The translations under genes were made by a program, and so were the position numbers. A stretch of DNA of 62,991 nucleotides, counting the filler, from Globobulimina sp. (taxonomy: Eukaryota): assembly GCA_003354225.1 (NCBI GenBank). It is 13 parts of 13 records of this genome, joined end to end, with 100 filler letters (N's around TTAATTAATTAA, not from the genome) between each part and the next. Parts side by side here need not be neighbours in the genome. Positions count along the whole stretch, not along the records: positions 9,717 to 14,473 come from PIVH01000944.1; positions 14,574 to 19,329 come from PIVH01000945.1; positions 19,430 to 24,184 come from PIVH01000946.1; positions 24,285 to 29,037 come from PIVH01000947.1; 9 more parts are not named here. The stretch is one strand, 5' to 3'. Below are positions 12,701 to 24,665 of the stretch, one piece after another (within the stretch, counting starts at the first letter, position 1; every line of letters begins with the position of its first letter). The notes below the pieces were generated by a model. It was not told the DNA's origin. It ran no database searches and saw only the letters and a list, made by a program, of their open reading frames with translations.

Positions 12701-14403
12701 TATCCGACGAGAAGTTGAAGGAGCAGGTGTTGCAAACCTGGAAGAACATCAACAGTTATATGGGCATCCGCAAATCGGGCAAGTCCTCGGAAGGCCATGT
12801 CGAGAAATTGGTGCGCTACGCCTTGAAGGGGGACAGCAAATTACGCAACGAAATCTATTGCCAGTTGGCCAAGCAAACCACGAAGAACCCAAAGTTGCAG
12901 AGTCTGTTGAAAGGGTGGAAGTTGTTGTTGATCTGTTGCTCCTTCTTCCCGCCCAGCGACGAATTCGTCGATTACTTGGCCTGCTTCATCTGGAACAACA
13001 CGCAGCAACCCAATGAAATCGGGCAGTACGCCATTAAGGCGCTGCATGCGTTGGACGCGACGATGTTGAGCGGCGGCCGCAAATTCCCGCCCTTGCCGCT
13101 GGAAATAGTGAAATTGGAGAATTTGCAGCCCATTCCGTTGAATATCTACTTCATCAACGGCATGAAATGCAAACAGGTGTTGGTTACGTCGCAAACCCGC
13201 GCAAAACAGGTGATTGAGACCTTAGCGCAGACCTTCAATTTCAAGCACGGCGAAGCCTTTGGTTTATATGAGATGGAGCCGAACATTGCGCCGTTGGACA
13301 AGATGAAGAAACATTACATCAAACGAGAGTTGATGTCGCAGCAAGAAAAGATCAACGATTTGGTGCGGATGCCGTTTGAGCGCGAATTGGAGGAAGATGA
13401 CCGTATGTTGGATGTGATCGCGTCGTGGCTGAAACGCGACCAATCGAAACGGAAAAATAAGTCCGGCGACAAGTCGTCGAAGAAAAAACACCATAAATCG
13501 TCTAAAAACGTGCGTTTTGTGTTGAAAGTGAAGACGTTTCGCAAACCGATGGAGAAACAGTTCAGTCACATGGGCGCGAAGGCCAATTTTTTGACGCATG
13601 CATGGCATGTCGTGAATGACTTTTATCCCATTTCCATCGTGGATGAGGAGTTTGCGTTCGATTTGGCGGCGTTGCAGTTGCAAGGCACTTATGGGCCGAA
13701 GCCGAAGTTGCCGCCCATTGTGAAGCAAAATAGCAAGTTCCTGGATCACTCGAATCAGTCAAATGTGCAACACGCATTTTATAAGCAAGGGCTGATTGCG
13801 TATGACTTGCATAAGTATTTGGGACAGGCCATACTTAAGAAATATTTACCGGGCGATCGGAACCAATGCGAACATAAAATATTGCAGTTCCGAGCCACCA
13901 AATACTCGCAAATGTCGCGGCAAGACTGTTGGTTGCGGTATGCGAAGATGTTGCGGTCCAATAAGAAGTTGTATAATTATTTTGGGTGTGCGTGGTATCG
14001 CGGAGTGCGGATCCAAGCCAATGGGGATCTGAATGAGTCGAATCAGGTTAAACAGATTTTTTCTAAGAAATCGAAGGGGAAATCTATTATTAAAACGGAT
14101 CGGAATATCAATACCAATGACTTGTTGGTTGGCATTAACGAGCATGCGATTTCTTTCGTGAATCCAATCACACAAAATATTGTGGAAAGGTATGAGATGG
14201 AAGAAATATTGACCTTTGGTTATCGGTCAAATGCGTTCTTATTTGTGGCTGGTACACTTATGACTCAATCGAAAATGCAAATTGCTACCATGCATGGAAA
14301 GGCCATGAATCGTTTAGTTCGAACCCATATTGATTTGAGAGTTCGCGATGCGGAAAAAAAAGGACAAAAAATTAAAAATGTACCAAAAACTAATGATATA
14401 TAA
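9718..14403 (+). CDS. CAP-Gly x2 / SAP / WW x2 / MyTH4-FERM protein, 5'-truncated; exons 9718-10110, 10201-11514, 11577-12018, 12109-12428, 12490-14403
   Basis: CAP-Gly (YGVKLDDQQGKNNG; YGVELEEPLGENDG), SAP-like (QLKARC...GTKKQLLTRL), WW (DWIMLPDPSSGKMYY...TRWQPP; KWKKTVDQNTGREYW...TTWEPP), MyTH4 (LRNEIYCQLAKQTTKNP...GWKLL...FPPS), FERM-like (LAALQLQ, YFGCAWY, LLVGIN). Four short introns keep the frame. Confidence 0.8.
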
Positions 14404-14588
14404 TTCAGAATTCGTTCATTAAGATTTCAGAATGCGGATCTTTGATTTTTCCTTTTTGTTTTAATTTTTATTTNNNNNNNNNNNNNNNNNNNNNNNNNNN
14501 NNNNNNNNNNNNNNNNNTTAATTAATTAANNNNNNNNNNNNNNNNNNNNNNNNNNNNNNNNNNNNNNNNNNNNCAATCCAGCGCTGAA

Positions 14589-15978
14589 TCATATAACTGG
14601 TCCGCGTCCAGCAACATCGACGAAGAAGAAGCGGAGCACGACGACGACGGCGAGGAAGAAGAAGAGTTGTCGTACAGCAACAGTGTGAGTGCTATGGTGA
14701 TGGTGATGGGCAGCATGGTGGGCAAGCTCCGAATGGCTATTTTCTAAGCTAATGGATCGCGATGACGTGTTGGATTTGGTCAAAAAGGAGAAATCCGTCA
14801 TGGCGAAGAGTTTGGTGAGATAGGTATTGCAGGGTTTGACTTTCACGGAATGGGAATGGGAATCGCACATTGGGTCGGCGGCCGCGTCGGCGTCATTGCG
14901 GTGCTTTTCTTCCTGCGGCGACTCGTCGTCGTTGTGATACTCGCTTAGATGCAGTAAATGGAAGAAAGAGTACCAGATAGACACTATGAAATAGATTCGC
15001 GTGAAGAACTGTTTGGTGTTGGCACAGCCTAAAATGTCGTGGAACAGAATGTTGTGACAGCTGTTGGATTTGGTATGGATTAAGTCCTTGACGCACATGG
15101 TGGAGATAATGGACTCGACATCTGGATATATTGTGGGATGTTATGTTTATGGGGGGTTATCTGAATTGGTTTGAATGGATTTTGGTTTGTATTAGCAACT
15201 ATATACAAAACCAATTATATACAAAAGCGGTTAATGTAGAAATACCAAGATTTAATTGATGCGTTTGTGGATGGTTCAGGATGTTGTTGTGCACCCAAAA
15301 CGAGTCGATTTTGGATTTGTTTTGGATATAATCGACTAAGATGGCGTTGTATTTGATGAATTTCTGTAAAATGGAGACAATGTATTGGATGGATTGCGTC
15401 TGTTTTGTGTTTAGTATGTTGTCTAAGTTAAATCCATCGTCCTCCTCGATGTCGCTTGTTAGTATGGAGTATGGTGTGGATTGGGTGGTGGCTGAACTTG
15501 AATGGTCGTCATCATCGTTTGTGTTTATGTGCAAGGATGAATTATTATTGTTGTTGTTGTGGTTGTGGTAGTTTGTATTGTTTTGCTGGGCGATATGCAA
15601 TGTATTTGAAGGTAGTAAGTTTAGATTTGTACGGAGTAATTGCAGATCACCATGTAAGTCGTCATGGATGAGGGAGAAATAAGAAGATAATAAATCTAGT
15701 TGTTTTTTAACGATGATGTATGAGGAATTAATCCTAGTTTGTGTGTCGGGAATTGGTGAGTTGGAGTTAGGACTCTTGGATTTGCCATTTGCTTCTCGCT
15801 GAGTCCGACGTTTTATGCTAGATTGATAGGCTTCATCTTTGTTCTTTTTCTCATCAAAATATAAAAATGAATACGACGAAGAACATTTAAAATTTAATTG
15901 AGTTATATCTTCTAAATATGCTGATAATGCGTGGCGATATTTTTCCAACGTTGACGGGATTCGGCCAACGTGTGGCAT
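14589..15978 (-). CDS. Hypothetical protein, probably 2 exons (intron about 15123-15206); 3' end uncertain
   Basis: ORFs 15199-15978 and 14589-15098 can be joined in frame by a GT-AG intron. No recognisable domain. Confidence 0.45.
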
Positions 15979-16179
15979 TCCAATGTAATATTATGCTAAT
16001 AATTAAATTAGAGTGATCAACAGATTATTAAAATTAATTTGTAACAAGTTTTTTTTTACAAGTACCGTACTCATTTTTTTATTTCGCATTTAATTTTCTT
16101 GTCATAAGGGAGATGTACTGTATCATGTACAGGTTATTATAAAATTAATTATCAATCAAAAAGCATTACAATACATTTA

Positions 16180-16890
16180 TCACCATACAAAATGATCAAT
16201 ATGGAATCGATCATTACAAACACAAATTAACAAAATTGCCAGTCTTAGATAAATATCAAACCAATTGATTACATTTGTCATTACATCCGCAATAATAACC
16301 ACATAAAATCCATAATTGATGGCAAGAAGAGGCTGATTTGGCATAAACATTATTTGAATGAACTCACAAATTACTCTGTGAAATAAAATCGAATGAGTAT
16401 GTTTCCATTGATTTGTTATAAATTGTTGGTGGTTTGTTATTGCTTTGCTGTACTTTATGTAAAATATTGCTTGAATTACTCTCAAAGATATATGAATAGA
16501 GCCTGTAATCAAAATATATTGGGTTAATACAGTGAATTTATTATGCAATGACAACACAATTCCTGTCACACTGGCAATAATCGCACAAAATAAATACATC
16601 CAACCAACATATTTATGCCATATTGACCCTTTAATTGATACTCTGAATTGATAAAATCCGAGTATCCACATAATGATTCCAGCCATTACGTGTATTGATA
16701 TTGAATAAGAGTTAATAATTCCAACACCGTTATTGCTCCATTGAGGCGATTTATGTTGAAATCGTTTGCTATATGACCAACACAACCACGCAAGATCACC
16801 AAAAATATAAAATAAGCACCAATCTGAATTTGTCTGATGGTTATAATTAACGATCCTTGACCCCAAATGATTTATTATTTTAAATGTCAT
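16180..16890 (-). CDS. DUF2306-like membrane protein
   Basis: IHVMAGIIMWILGFYQF ... WHKYVGWMYL pattern with conserved His residues in TM helices. Confidence 0.65.
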   Translation of the reverse strand: MTFKIINHLGSRIVNYNHQTNSDWCLFYIFGDLAWLCWSYSKRFQHKSPQWSNNGVGIINSYSISIHVMAGIIMWILGFYQFRVSIKGSIWHKYVGWMYLFCAIIASVTGIVLSLHNKFTVLTQYILITGSIHISLRVIQAIFYIKYSKAITNHQQFITNQWKHTHSILFHRVICEFIQIMFMPNQPLLAINYGFYVVIIADVMTNVINWFDIYLRLAILLICVCNDRFHIDHFVW

Positions 16891-16934
16891 CGTAGCAAGC
16901 TAAGTTTTTCAGTGTTTTTTTTTGTGATCAAGAC

Positions 16935-18480
16935 ATGGACGAGTTAATGATACAGACATTATTCTGTGTTACAAAGACTATGATGTTGAGCCAATCCATT
17001 GTTATTCAAACAGATATATTACGGTATGTTCACCAGATATCGTTTTTTATAATATTATAAACGATAAAAATATTTATAATATGATAAATTATCATATGTA
17101 ACATAAACAAAACATATAGTAATTTATTGGAAACGTGGTCTCGACTGTTTTCTAATAGAAATCTAAATTTATCATATTCCACAAAACATTGCAACTTGAT
17201 TGAAAATATGTTGTTTGATTTATTAAAAAAAAATTCGAATATTCAATTTCAAAACATAGCAATTGAAGCCATTTTAAAGTGGATATTTGAATATTTGCCA
17301 CAAATCAAAGGCGTCAAACAACCGTCATTTGCTAAATTAATATTCCTTTGTCGGTCTTTGATAGAAATTCCTTCATTTACTATTCAATCTGAATATATTT
17401 TGGCAAAATTGCAATCTAATAACAACACAATAGCTTCACATCAATTTTCGTATCATATTTTACAAGAAATTATTAATAAATGCCAGCAATTTCATAAATA
17501 TATAAATAAACGCAATATCAAAGCTCGCAGTTTAAATGACATCAAATTTGTGTTATCTTACACAACGAATAATTTTTCAAATGAGAGCAATTTGTTGAAC
17601 ATCTTACAAATATTGACAGTTACGGGTATATGCCTTTTTTTTCTGAGAGAATTCCAATGCAGAAACAGTTTAAATATTTTATATAGATATTTAGCAGCAA
17701 TTATTCGACAAATCAACAGCATAATAACTCGGATATTGCAATTGAGCAAATAATTAATATAATATATTCAATCTCAAATCAATACTCTCCAGCATCACAA
17801 ATCGGAGCAATGTTATTGAATATAGCGAATAAAGATTGTTTTTCAAGTTTATATTATAAATTACCTCTACAATACAGACAACATAATAACCGCAATGTAA
17901 TTACATTGAGTGACAATATTAAGAATGATAAAAATAAAAAAAAGCAAATTAAAATGTATCAAAACCAATTATTGTCAGTGTTAGATACAAATATAAATAA
18001 TCCGAGGCGTAGTATATATCATCCAATGCGAGTGTTTGGTCATATTAATTATGATTTACATGATGAGTTTAACAGTATGTACATGTAATGTTTTATAATT
18101 TGTGTGCATCTCCGATGTAATCATTTAATTTGTATTTTGTAACAGATATTTCATTGGATATAAACCGAAATAAAAAACAATCAATCAATCGTAGAAGTAA
18201 TTCAGTTCCGGCATATTTGCATCATTTAAGCAAAAACTGTATCAATTCAAAAATTAATGATAATGGTTTTAAAGGAAAGATTTGTAGGAAAATGGATGAA
18301 TTATTATGTGATGATAATAATCGTCAACCTAAAAACAATAAAAAAATGAATAAAATGTCTGGAATGAAAAGAAAATTGGGTCAAGTCAGCGATAATGATC
18401 ATAATAATTATGATCCATCGATGCAATCACAAAGACCATCTGCTCCAAAAAAAATTAAATACACTCAGACAAAAGAATAA
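16935..18480 (+). CDS. Hypothetical protein, 4 exons (introns about 17024-17119, 17619-17686, 18075-18145)
   Basis: GT-AG introns link an ATG at 16935 and three consecutive ORFs in frame. Basic NLS-like C-terminus (KRK...PKKIK). Confidence 0.5.
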
Positions 18481-18713
18481 TTTTTTTAGTGTTTAAATCA
18501 TTAAATACATCCAACGTAAATTCCATATCTCTTCTTAATTTGACATTATTTTTTTTTTCGGAAACATTATTTTTTCATTATTATAAATCGGAATTAATAG
18601 TGATTGAAGTTTCAGTCAAATTAAACAAGTTTCCATTCACTTCAACCACGAATACTATTCTTGCTTCAACAGCTGTAACACATAAATATATATATAATAA
18701 AAATAATTTTTCC

Positions 18714-19329
18714 ATGAGAACGAGGTTGAGGTACTCGTTCGCGTTGATGATTGCAATCACATCGTACATTTTATATACATATCGTAAAAAAAAAGCAAGA
18801 CAAGCAATTGCAAAACGAGCCAGAGAATCAAATTTAAAACAACATGATGTTAAAATTATAGTTGCGGGATTTCCGCGGAGCGGTACAGCATCATTGTCGC
18901 GAGCATTTACATATTTAAATTACGGCAAAGTAGCACATCTTGAAACCAATACATTTACTGAAAATCAAAAATATTTAAATTGGTGGGTTGGTAAAGAGAA
19001 AATGAGACAAAATGGTGAAGAGATCAATTATTGTGAATTTTTTAATTTATTTAAAATTGATGTTGCGATGGATTGGCCATTATCTCTTTTCTGGCGTGAA
19101 TTGTTAGAAACATATCCCACTGCAAAAGTTATTTTATGTGTTCGCGATTTTGATAAATGGTATGTTTCTGTAAATAATGTATTCTATTTCGCCACATTTA
19201 TTTCGAAACCTATTCATGAAGGTTATCATGTTTGGTTTGATAAATTTGTAAATTCATATGGTGGACCGCATGTATTTAAAGATAAAAAAATGTTGAAATT
19301 AAAGCATTATCAACGTATTGAAAATATTA
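18714..19329 (+). CDS. Sulfotransferase-like P-loop protein (Sulfotransfer_4 type) with N-terminal TM anchor, 3'-truncated
   Basis: KIIVAGFPRSGTASL and DWP...WRELLETYPTAKVILCVRDFDKWY motifs. Confidence 0.85.
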
Positions 19330-19503
19330 NNNNNNNNNNNNNNNNNNNNNNNNNNNNNNNNNNNNNNNNNNNNTTAATTAATTAANNNNNNNNNNNNNNN
19401 NNNNNNNNNNNNNNNNNNNNNNNNNNNNNTTAATGCATTATTTGCAGAATTAAAATAAAAACCTCACCGTTTCAAAAATAGTTTCAAAGAGAGATACTTT
19501 CTG

Positions 19504-20736
19504 ATGAACCTATTGAAGGTCATCGATGAAGCAATTTTTGCGTTAGATGCCTCTATTTTCAATCTTTATGTGTATGCAAAATATGACACATATCCATGGA
19601 CTTTACATCCAATCACAGACAACGTTATATCCAATATAACTGCCTCTCCTTTTAAACATTCTATTTTATTACGCTCAAACTGTTTGATTGATGAAATTAT
19701 CAGACAAAACCTAATCAATTCAATCAAACCATTACTTAATAGAACTGATAATTACAGACATAAACAATTCATTAATACATCAAACAAATCAGTATCTATA
19801 TCAAAACCAAAACTACAGGAACTAATATATCAATTTGAACACTTTTATGCATATAAACAGTTAAAATGGAATGTGCCTTATGTTCATGATAAAGCTATGC
19901 CAGTTACATTAGCTCCGACTATATTTTCTTTGGCTGATTTACAATTCAAAACGGAAATAAATGGATTATTGCGACAGAATCACAGTACATTATATTCATT
20001 GATTCAAAATATATTTATTAAATTTATACCAATGTTTGAATGTTGTTTAGATCTCAAATTAGTAAATAACAACAAATATAAACAGTTATGTATGGTTATT
20101 AAAATGCAAGACTACCAATTTGAAAATGAAATTACTGTCTCGGGCAGATGGCATATTGAAGGATATGGTGAGAATGAAGATATCATTGCTGTTGGATTAT
20201 ATTACTTTGATATTCCACAAAGTAAAACATTAAAATTCGAAAACAATTGTTTGGAAATATTAACAGGAGATAGATTTAGGAAGAATTATAATAATAAATT
20301 AAGCATAGAAATAAGCGAAAATGATTGTTTTGTATTCAGGAACTTACCGATTGAGCATAGAGTATGTGTGTCAACGAGAAAACATTGTTCTGATGTTTCA
20401 ACAGCCTGTATTTCTAGAAAAGTATTGTGTTTTTTCTTGTTGGATCCTGATAATGAAGTGACTACAAATAAATGTAGTAAATATTATAAATGGATCAATT
20501 TTCCATGGAAGATAGCCATATTTGCAAAGGTTTGGACAAAATATGATAGGAATGTGATGGAGAGTTTATCCGAGGATATCATGAATTTGATCAAAGTATT
20601 TGCATTTGGAAACGATGAATACGGAATCAATCAAAAGATTGAATTTAGAAAAAACAGAGATTCGCAGAGCTATGATGAACACGATGGTGAACACGATGAT
20701 AGATTGATTACTATAAAAACCGCATCTGGTAATTAA
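19504..20736 (+). CDS. DUF4246-like (2OG-Fe(II) oxygenase-like) protein, possibly 5'-incomplete
   Basis: GRWHIEG...EDIIAVGLYYFD, VFRN..IEHRV, RKVLCFFLLDP motifs. Confidence 0.7.
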   Translation: MNLLKVIDEAIFALDASIFNLYVYAKYDTYPWTLHPITDNVISNITASPFKHSILLRSNCLIDEIIRQNLINSIKPLLNRTDNYRHKQFINTSNKSVSISKPKLQELIYQFEHFYAYKQLKWNVPYVHDKAMPVTLAPTIFSLADLQFKTEINGLLRQNHSTLYSLIQNIFIKFIPMFECCLDLKLVNNNKYKQLCMVIKMQDYQFENEITVSGRWHIEGYGENEDIIAVGLYYFDIPQSKTLKFENNCLEILTGDRFRKNYNNKLSIEISENDCFVFRNLPIEHRVCVSTRKHCSDVSTACISRKVLCFFLLDPDNEVTTNKCSKYYKWINFPWKIAIFAKVWTKYDRNVMESLSEDIMNLIKVFAFGNDEYGINQKIEFRKNRDSQSYDEHDGEHDDRLITIKTASGN

Positions 20737-21003
20737 TTAATCTAAGAATATATTTACTGTTTGTGACGTATTACATGTTATGGATGTGTTATGCATGAAT
20801 ATATACAGTCAAAAACGTGTAAATACATTCTTAGATTAATATTAGACAATTAATTATGGTCTGCATTTTATTAAACATAGTTTCCTTTTTTCATCAAATA
20901 TAAAACTGAGATATAAATTGCTAAATATTTTTGAGGAAATTAATCAAACTTCAGATAGAGGCAAGAAACAATTCGAATTGAAGTATTCTGGCATTTAAAA
21001 CTT

Positions 21004-21978
21004 TTAAACATTATCAATTTCAAAAAAATCGATTGCATTCTTTGTGGTTATTGTTGCAATCTCGTCAATGGAATACTGACCGTTATAATGTTTATGAATT
21101 GCTTCCAAAACAAATGGCAACACAGCCGGTTCATTTTGATTTTTATCCTCCAACAACTTTAATTTTTTTATTCTTTTATCAGTAATTAACATATACGGCG
21201 CATCAGTTTCTATCATTAATTTTGATAAAGGAATAGAATGAATTATGTCCCGTAATATTGCTCCATGTTTTTTCTTTGTAATATATCCAGATATTGACAC
21301 ATTAAAACCCATTTGGATATAATCCAATAATTCTTGTTTATTTCCAGTAAAACAATGTATTAAAACATTGCATGCCTTGAATTTATATTTGTTGATTAAT
21401 ATTTCAATTAATTGTTTATGCGCTAATCTTTCATGAATATATAACTTGAGATTTAACTTTAAAGCTAATTCGATATGTTTTTCAAACCAAATAGTTTGGA
21501 TATTTTGAGCTGGAAAATGTTCTGAAAAATCTAGTCCTGTTTCTCCGATTACTTTTATATTATTATTTGATTTATTCTGTAATAAAATGTCTGATATCTC
21601 ACTCATTGTTTCATTTAAATCATAAGTGTTGACATTATATGGATGAATACCTACGCCGCAATATAAATTATTTGGATATTTGTTGCATAAATCAATGTTT
21701 TTATAATTTGATTTTAATGTATAACCTCCAAAAAAAAACTTTGTCACTTTGCATGTGATTGCTTTATTAATGATAGCTTGAACATTGTTAAAATGCGATA
21801 AATTGGCTGCAACATCAAATAAACATTCATAATTTTGTCTCATTAAAGATGATAACATGTTGTTGTTATTTTTAATAGTTTTGTCAGCTGAAATTCTTTG
21901 TTTTGTGATTCCAAGCCGAAATTCAACCAAATTAATCAAGTCATCTAATAATGGAACCAAACTTTTATCAGCGTACAT
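21004..21978 (-). CDS. tatD: TatD-family DNase (true start may be a downstream ATG near 21858)
   Basis: GVGIHP, IGETGLDF, LYIHER, IHCFTG, LMIETDAPY, NEP motifs. Confidence 0.92.
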   Translation of the reverse strand: MYADKSLVPLLDDLINLVEFRLGITKQRISADKTIKNNNNMLSSLMRQNYECLFDVAANLSHFNNVQAIINKAITCKVTKFFFGGYTLKSNYKNIDLCNKYPNNLYCGVGIHPYNVNTYDLNETMSEISDILLQNKSNNNIKVIGETGLDFSEHFPAQNIQTIWFEKHIELALKLNLKLYIHERLAHKQLIEILINKYKFKACNVLIHCFTGNKQELLDYIQMGFNVSISGYITKKKHGAILRDIIHSIPLSKLMIETDAPYMLITDKRIKKLKLLEDKNQNEPAVLPFVLEAIHKHYNGQYSIDEIATITTKNAIDFFEIDNV

Positions 21979-22153
21979 TTATATAATTATCCAAGCTAAA
22001 AGTTTTCCACATGTTCAGAATGTTCGCTGTTACTTTCGAATAAAACGGCCTATGAATAGGGACAGAGATACTATACAACTAATACAAGATATAATAACTT
22101 ACACAATTACGTACACACAAAAAAAAAATAATAAACAACAGAGGTGTATATAA

Positions 22154-23749
22154 TTATTGATTGGATCCTGATAATAAAGACGTGGGACTTTCTGGTGAGA
22201 CTGACCCATCGTTAACCATTTCAATTTGATTATTAATATTTAAATTTTCGAATATTAATGGCATATCTTCCACAAAGTGACTGTGAAATAAATCGCTATT
22301 TACAAACCTATAAAATGGGTCGGATAATAAAGATAATATTTCCAGACCAACTTTGTCCATAATATTAAACAATTCATACTTATTATTTGTATTATATTTG
22401 TTACCCGCATCACATTCAAATATGCCATGCAATATTTTACGAATTTTTGAAGATATATTCAATTCGCATTCGCAGTTTGGTTTAATATACTTATTATATA
22501 ACGTTTTCATTTGTTTTTCCAAATTATTTTTATTATTTGTGACGATTGCGCTTATTGGTACTTCTGACGCAATACCTAATTTTTCAATTATTCTGCCATT
22601 GTTATCATACAAACAACAAAAATAGCCATCATTCCGTGATTCCGATGGATTCGAATCCGCTAAATCGATGTTAATATTTTCTACATTTAATTGAGTTGTT
22701 CGGACTGAAATATGTCGCAATTCCAATCCATTATAAATCTGATGTTTAATCATAATTAATTCTGTCAGAAATAAAAGTGATTCTGTTGAAAATTCAGAAA
22801 TAAGATATTGCATCAAAGCTTTATATGATTCATAATGAGACATAATATGTGCCAAAGTATTGCTATTTAAATATGTGGATCGCTGATTTGAATGCATTGC
22901 TTGTTTTAGTTTATAATGAGATGAATTTATACGTACTAAGTATAGAGGATAGACAGTCGAAATTAACGCTAAACCGATTGCACATAATTGTGCCACCAAA
23001 TTCCTCCACAACCACTCCATTCGCATTGCGGTCTTATCTAAATATGCAAACATAATCTTATAATACAAAAATGTTCCTAAGTATACAAATAAAGCCGCCG
23101 TAATGATAACACATTGATAAACTATTTCATTTCTAATGTTATAAATGTCTTTTATTCCGCGTGATTTATAACACATTACAAATGAGAATAACATTGGAAT
23201 TGCTGCGATAATATATTGTGTCATATCTAATATTAATCCTTCTCCAAATAACCAAGCAATGATCGTATTCGTTGCAGATAAGAGAATGAAGGGAATCGCC
23301 GCAATTTTTATGCAAATCGCAGGGTTTCCATATTTATTCTTGTTGATAATAAACCAGTTTTCATTGATGTTGGGGTTAATTCCTTTTTTCCAAATTACAT
23401 CTTGAACAGCGATGGAATATTGTTGTTTGTAATATAAATTAAATACTTTGACACCAAACAAAAAGAAGGCGGACCACCACGATACACTAAAAATTAAATA
23501 GAATAACCAATTTGGTGACATATCAATAAAGGACCAGACAGCAACACAATTTGCGTATAATCTCTCACATAACAATGTCAGTAACATCATTACATTCAAC
23601 ATGTATATCAAAGTTTTATCTCTGTATTTCAGCATAGGATTTGATTTCTTTATTTTGGAGAATAAATACAAAAAAAACATCATCGATGGACATAAAACCG
23701 CGTAATTAAACGACATCCAAGCCACGGCTGCAATATCAATACCGTCCAT
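22154..23749 (-). CDS. 7TM-RGS protein (membrane domain fused to regulator of G-protein signalling)
   Basis: About seven hydrophobic segments, then an RGS box: YLISEFSTESLLFL ... LYNKYI...ELNIS ... DPFYRF. Confidence 0.8.
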   Translation of the reverse strand: MDGIDIAAVAWMSFNYAVLCPSMMFFLYLFSKIKKSNPMLKYRDKTLIYMLNVMMLLTLLCERLYANCVAVWSFIDMSPNWLFYLIFSVSWWSAFFLFGVKVFNLYYKQQYSIAVQDVIWKKGINPNINENWFIINKNKYGNPAICIKIAAIPFILLSATNTIIAWLFGEGLILDMTQYIIAAIPMLFSFVMCYKSRGIKDIYNIRNEIVYQCVIITAALFVYLGTFLYYKIMFAYLDKTAMRMEWLWRNLVAQLCAIGLALISTVYPLYLVRINSSHYKLKQAMHSNQRSTYLNSNTLAHIMSHYESYKALMQYLISEFSTESLLFLTELIMIKHQIYNGLELRHISVRTTQLNVENINIDLADSNPSESRNDGYFCCLYDNNGRIIEKLGIASEVPISAIVTNNKNNLEKQMKTLYNKYIKPNCECELNISSKIRKILHGIFECDAGNKYNTNNKYELFNIMDKVGLEILSLLSDPFYRFVNSDLFHSHFVEDMPLIFENLNINNQIEMVNDGSVSPESPTSLLSGSNQ

Positions 23750-23796
23750 TGTTTAATTAATTTTTATTTGAAAACTTTGAACTGCTGAGATCAACA

Positions 23797-24184
23797 ATGG
23801 CCGAACAAGAAGCATACAAAAATGTGGACAATACGAATGAAAAAATAGAAACATTGATGTACGAGTTCGAGACAAATAAGTCTTTATTGAGTACGAAAAT
23901 GAAACAATGTAAAGAATATGAATCAGAATTGGATAAATTAGTAAATGAATGCGATGAATATAAAAGACAAATAAATGAAATGCAAATCACAAATGAAACA
24001 TTAAAATCACATATTAAATCAAATGGTAATGACACAAATCGATTGGAAGAATTAACAAAAGAAAATGTAAAATTAAAATCAAAACAAAAACAATTAAATC
24101 AAACATTAGTTTCCCTTACAAACGACAACAAAAACTATATCGAACAAAACAAGTTATTGACACAAAATATATTAAATAAAGATA
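23797..24184 (+). CDS. Coiled-coil protein fragment
   Basis: E/K/Q/N-rich heptad sequence running into the linker. Confidence 0.45.
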
Positions 24185-24665
24185 NNNNNNNNNNNNNNNN
24201 NNNNNNNNNNNNNNNNNNNNNNNNNNNNTTAATTAATTAANNNNNNNNNNNNNNNNNNNNNNNNNNNNNNNNNNNNNNNNNNNNAATAAACAGGTTTAAA
24301 AAAAACAACACGCAAAAAAAAAATACTAAACCCATCACCATAAACAAAAAAAGAAAAAATAAATAAAACAAAAAAAACAAAAAAATAAAATAATATTTTT
24401 TATATAATCTCAAAACAAACAACATATTAATATACAAAAACAACAAAACAAACAAGTTTTGTCAATCATACATCTTATACAACTATCTATATTTCAATAA
24501 GACAACCTTAAATTAAGCTAAGTTAACAAATTAACAATAAATAAACGAAATACAATTAAAAAAAAACAGAATTCCAACAAACGAACTGTGGGAAAATCAT
24601 ATGCATTTTTTATTTTACAATTGTAGGTCTTTTAAAATGGAAACAATTAATTAATATTAATACAG

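Noticed and set aside
14574-14747. Acidic + strand frame overlapping the end of the - strand ORF
   Set aside because: Could be the tail of a convergent gene, but it is too short and truncated to decide which strand codes.
24285-24460. G-poor A-rich tract
   Set aside because: Low-complexity contig end, probably 3' UTR or poor-quality sequence; no periodic unit.
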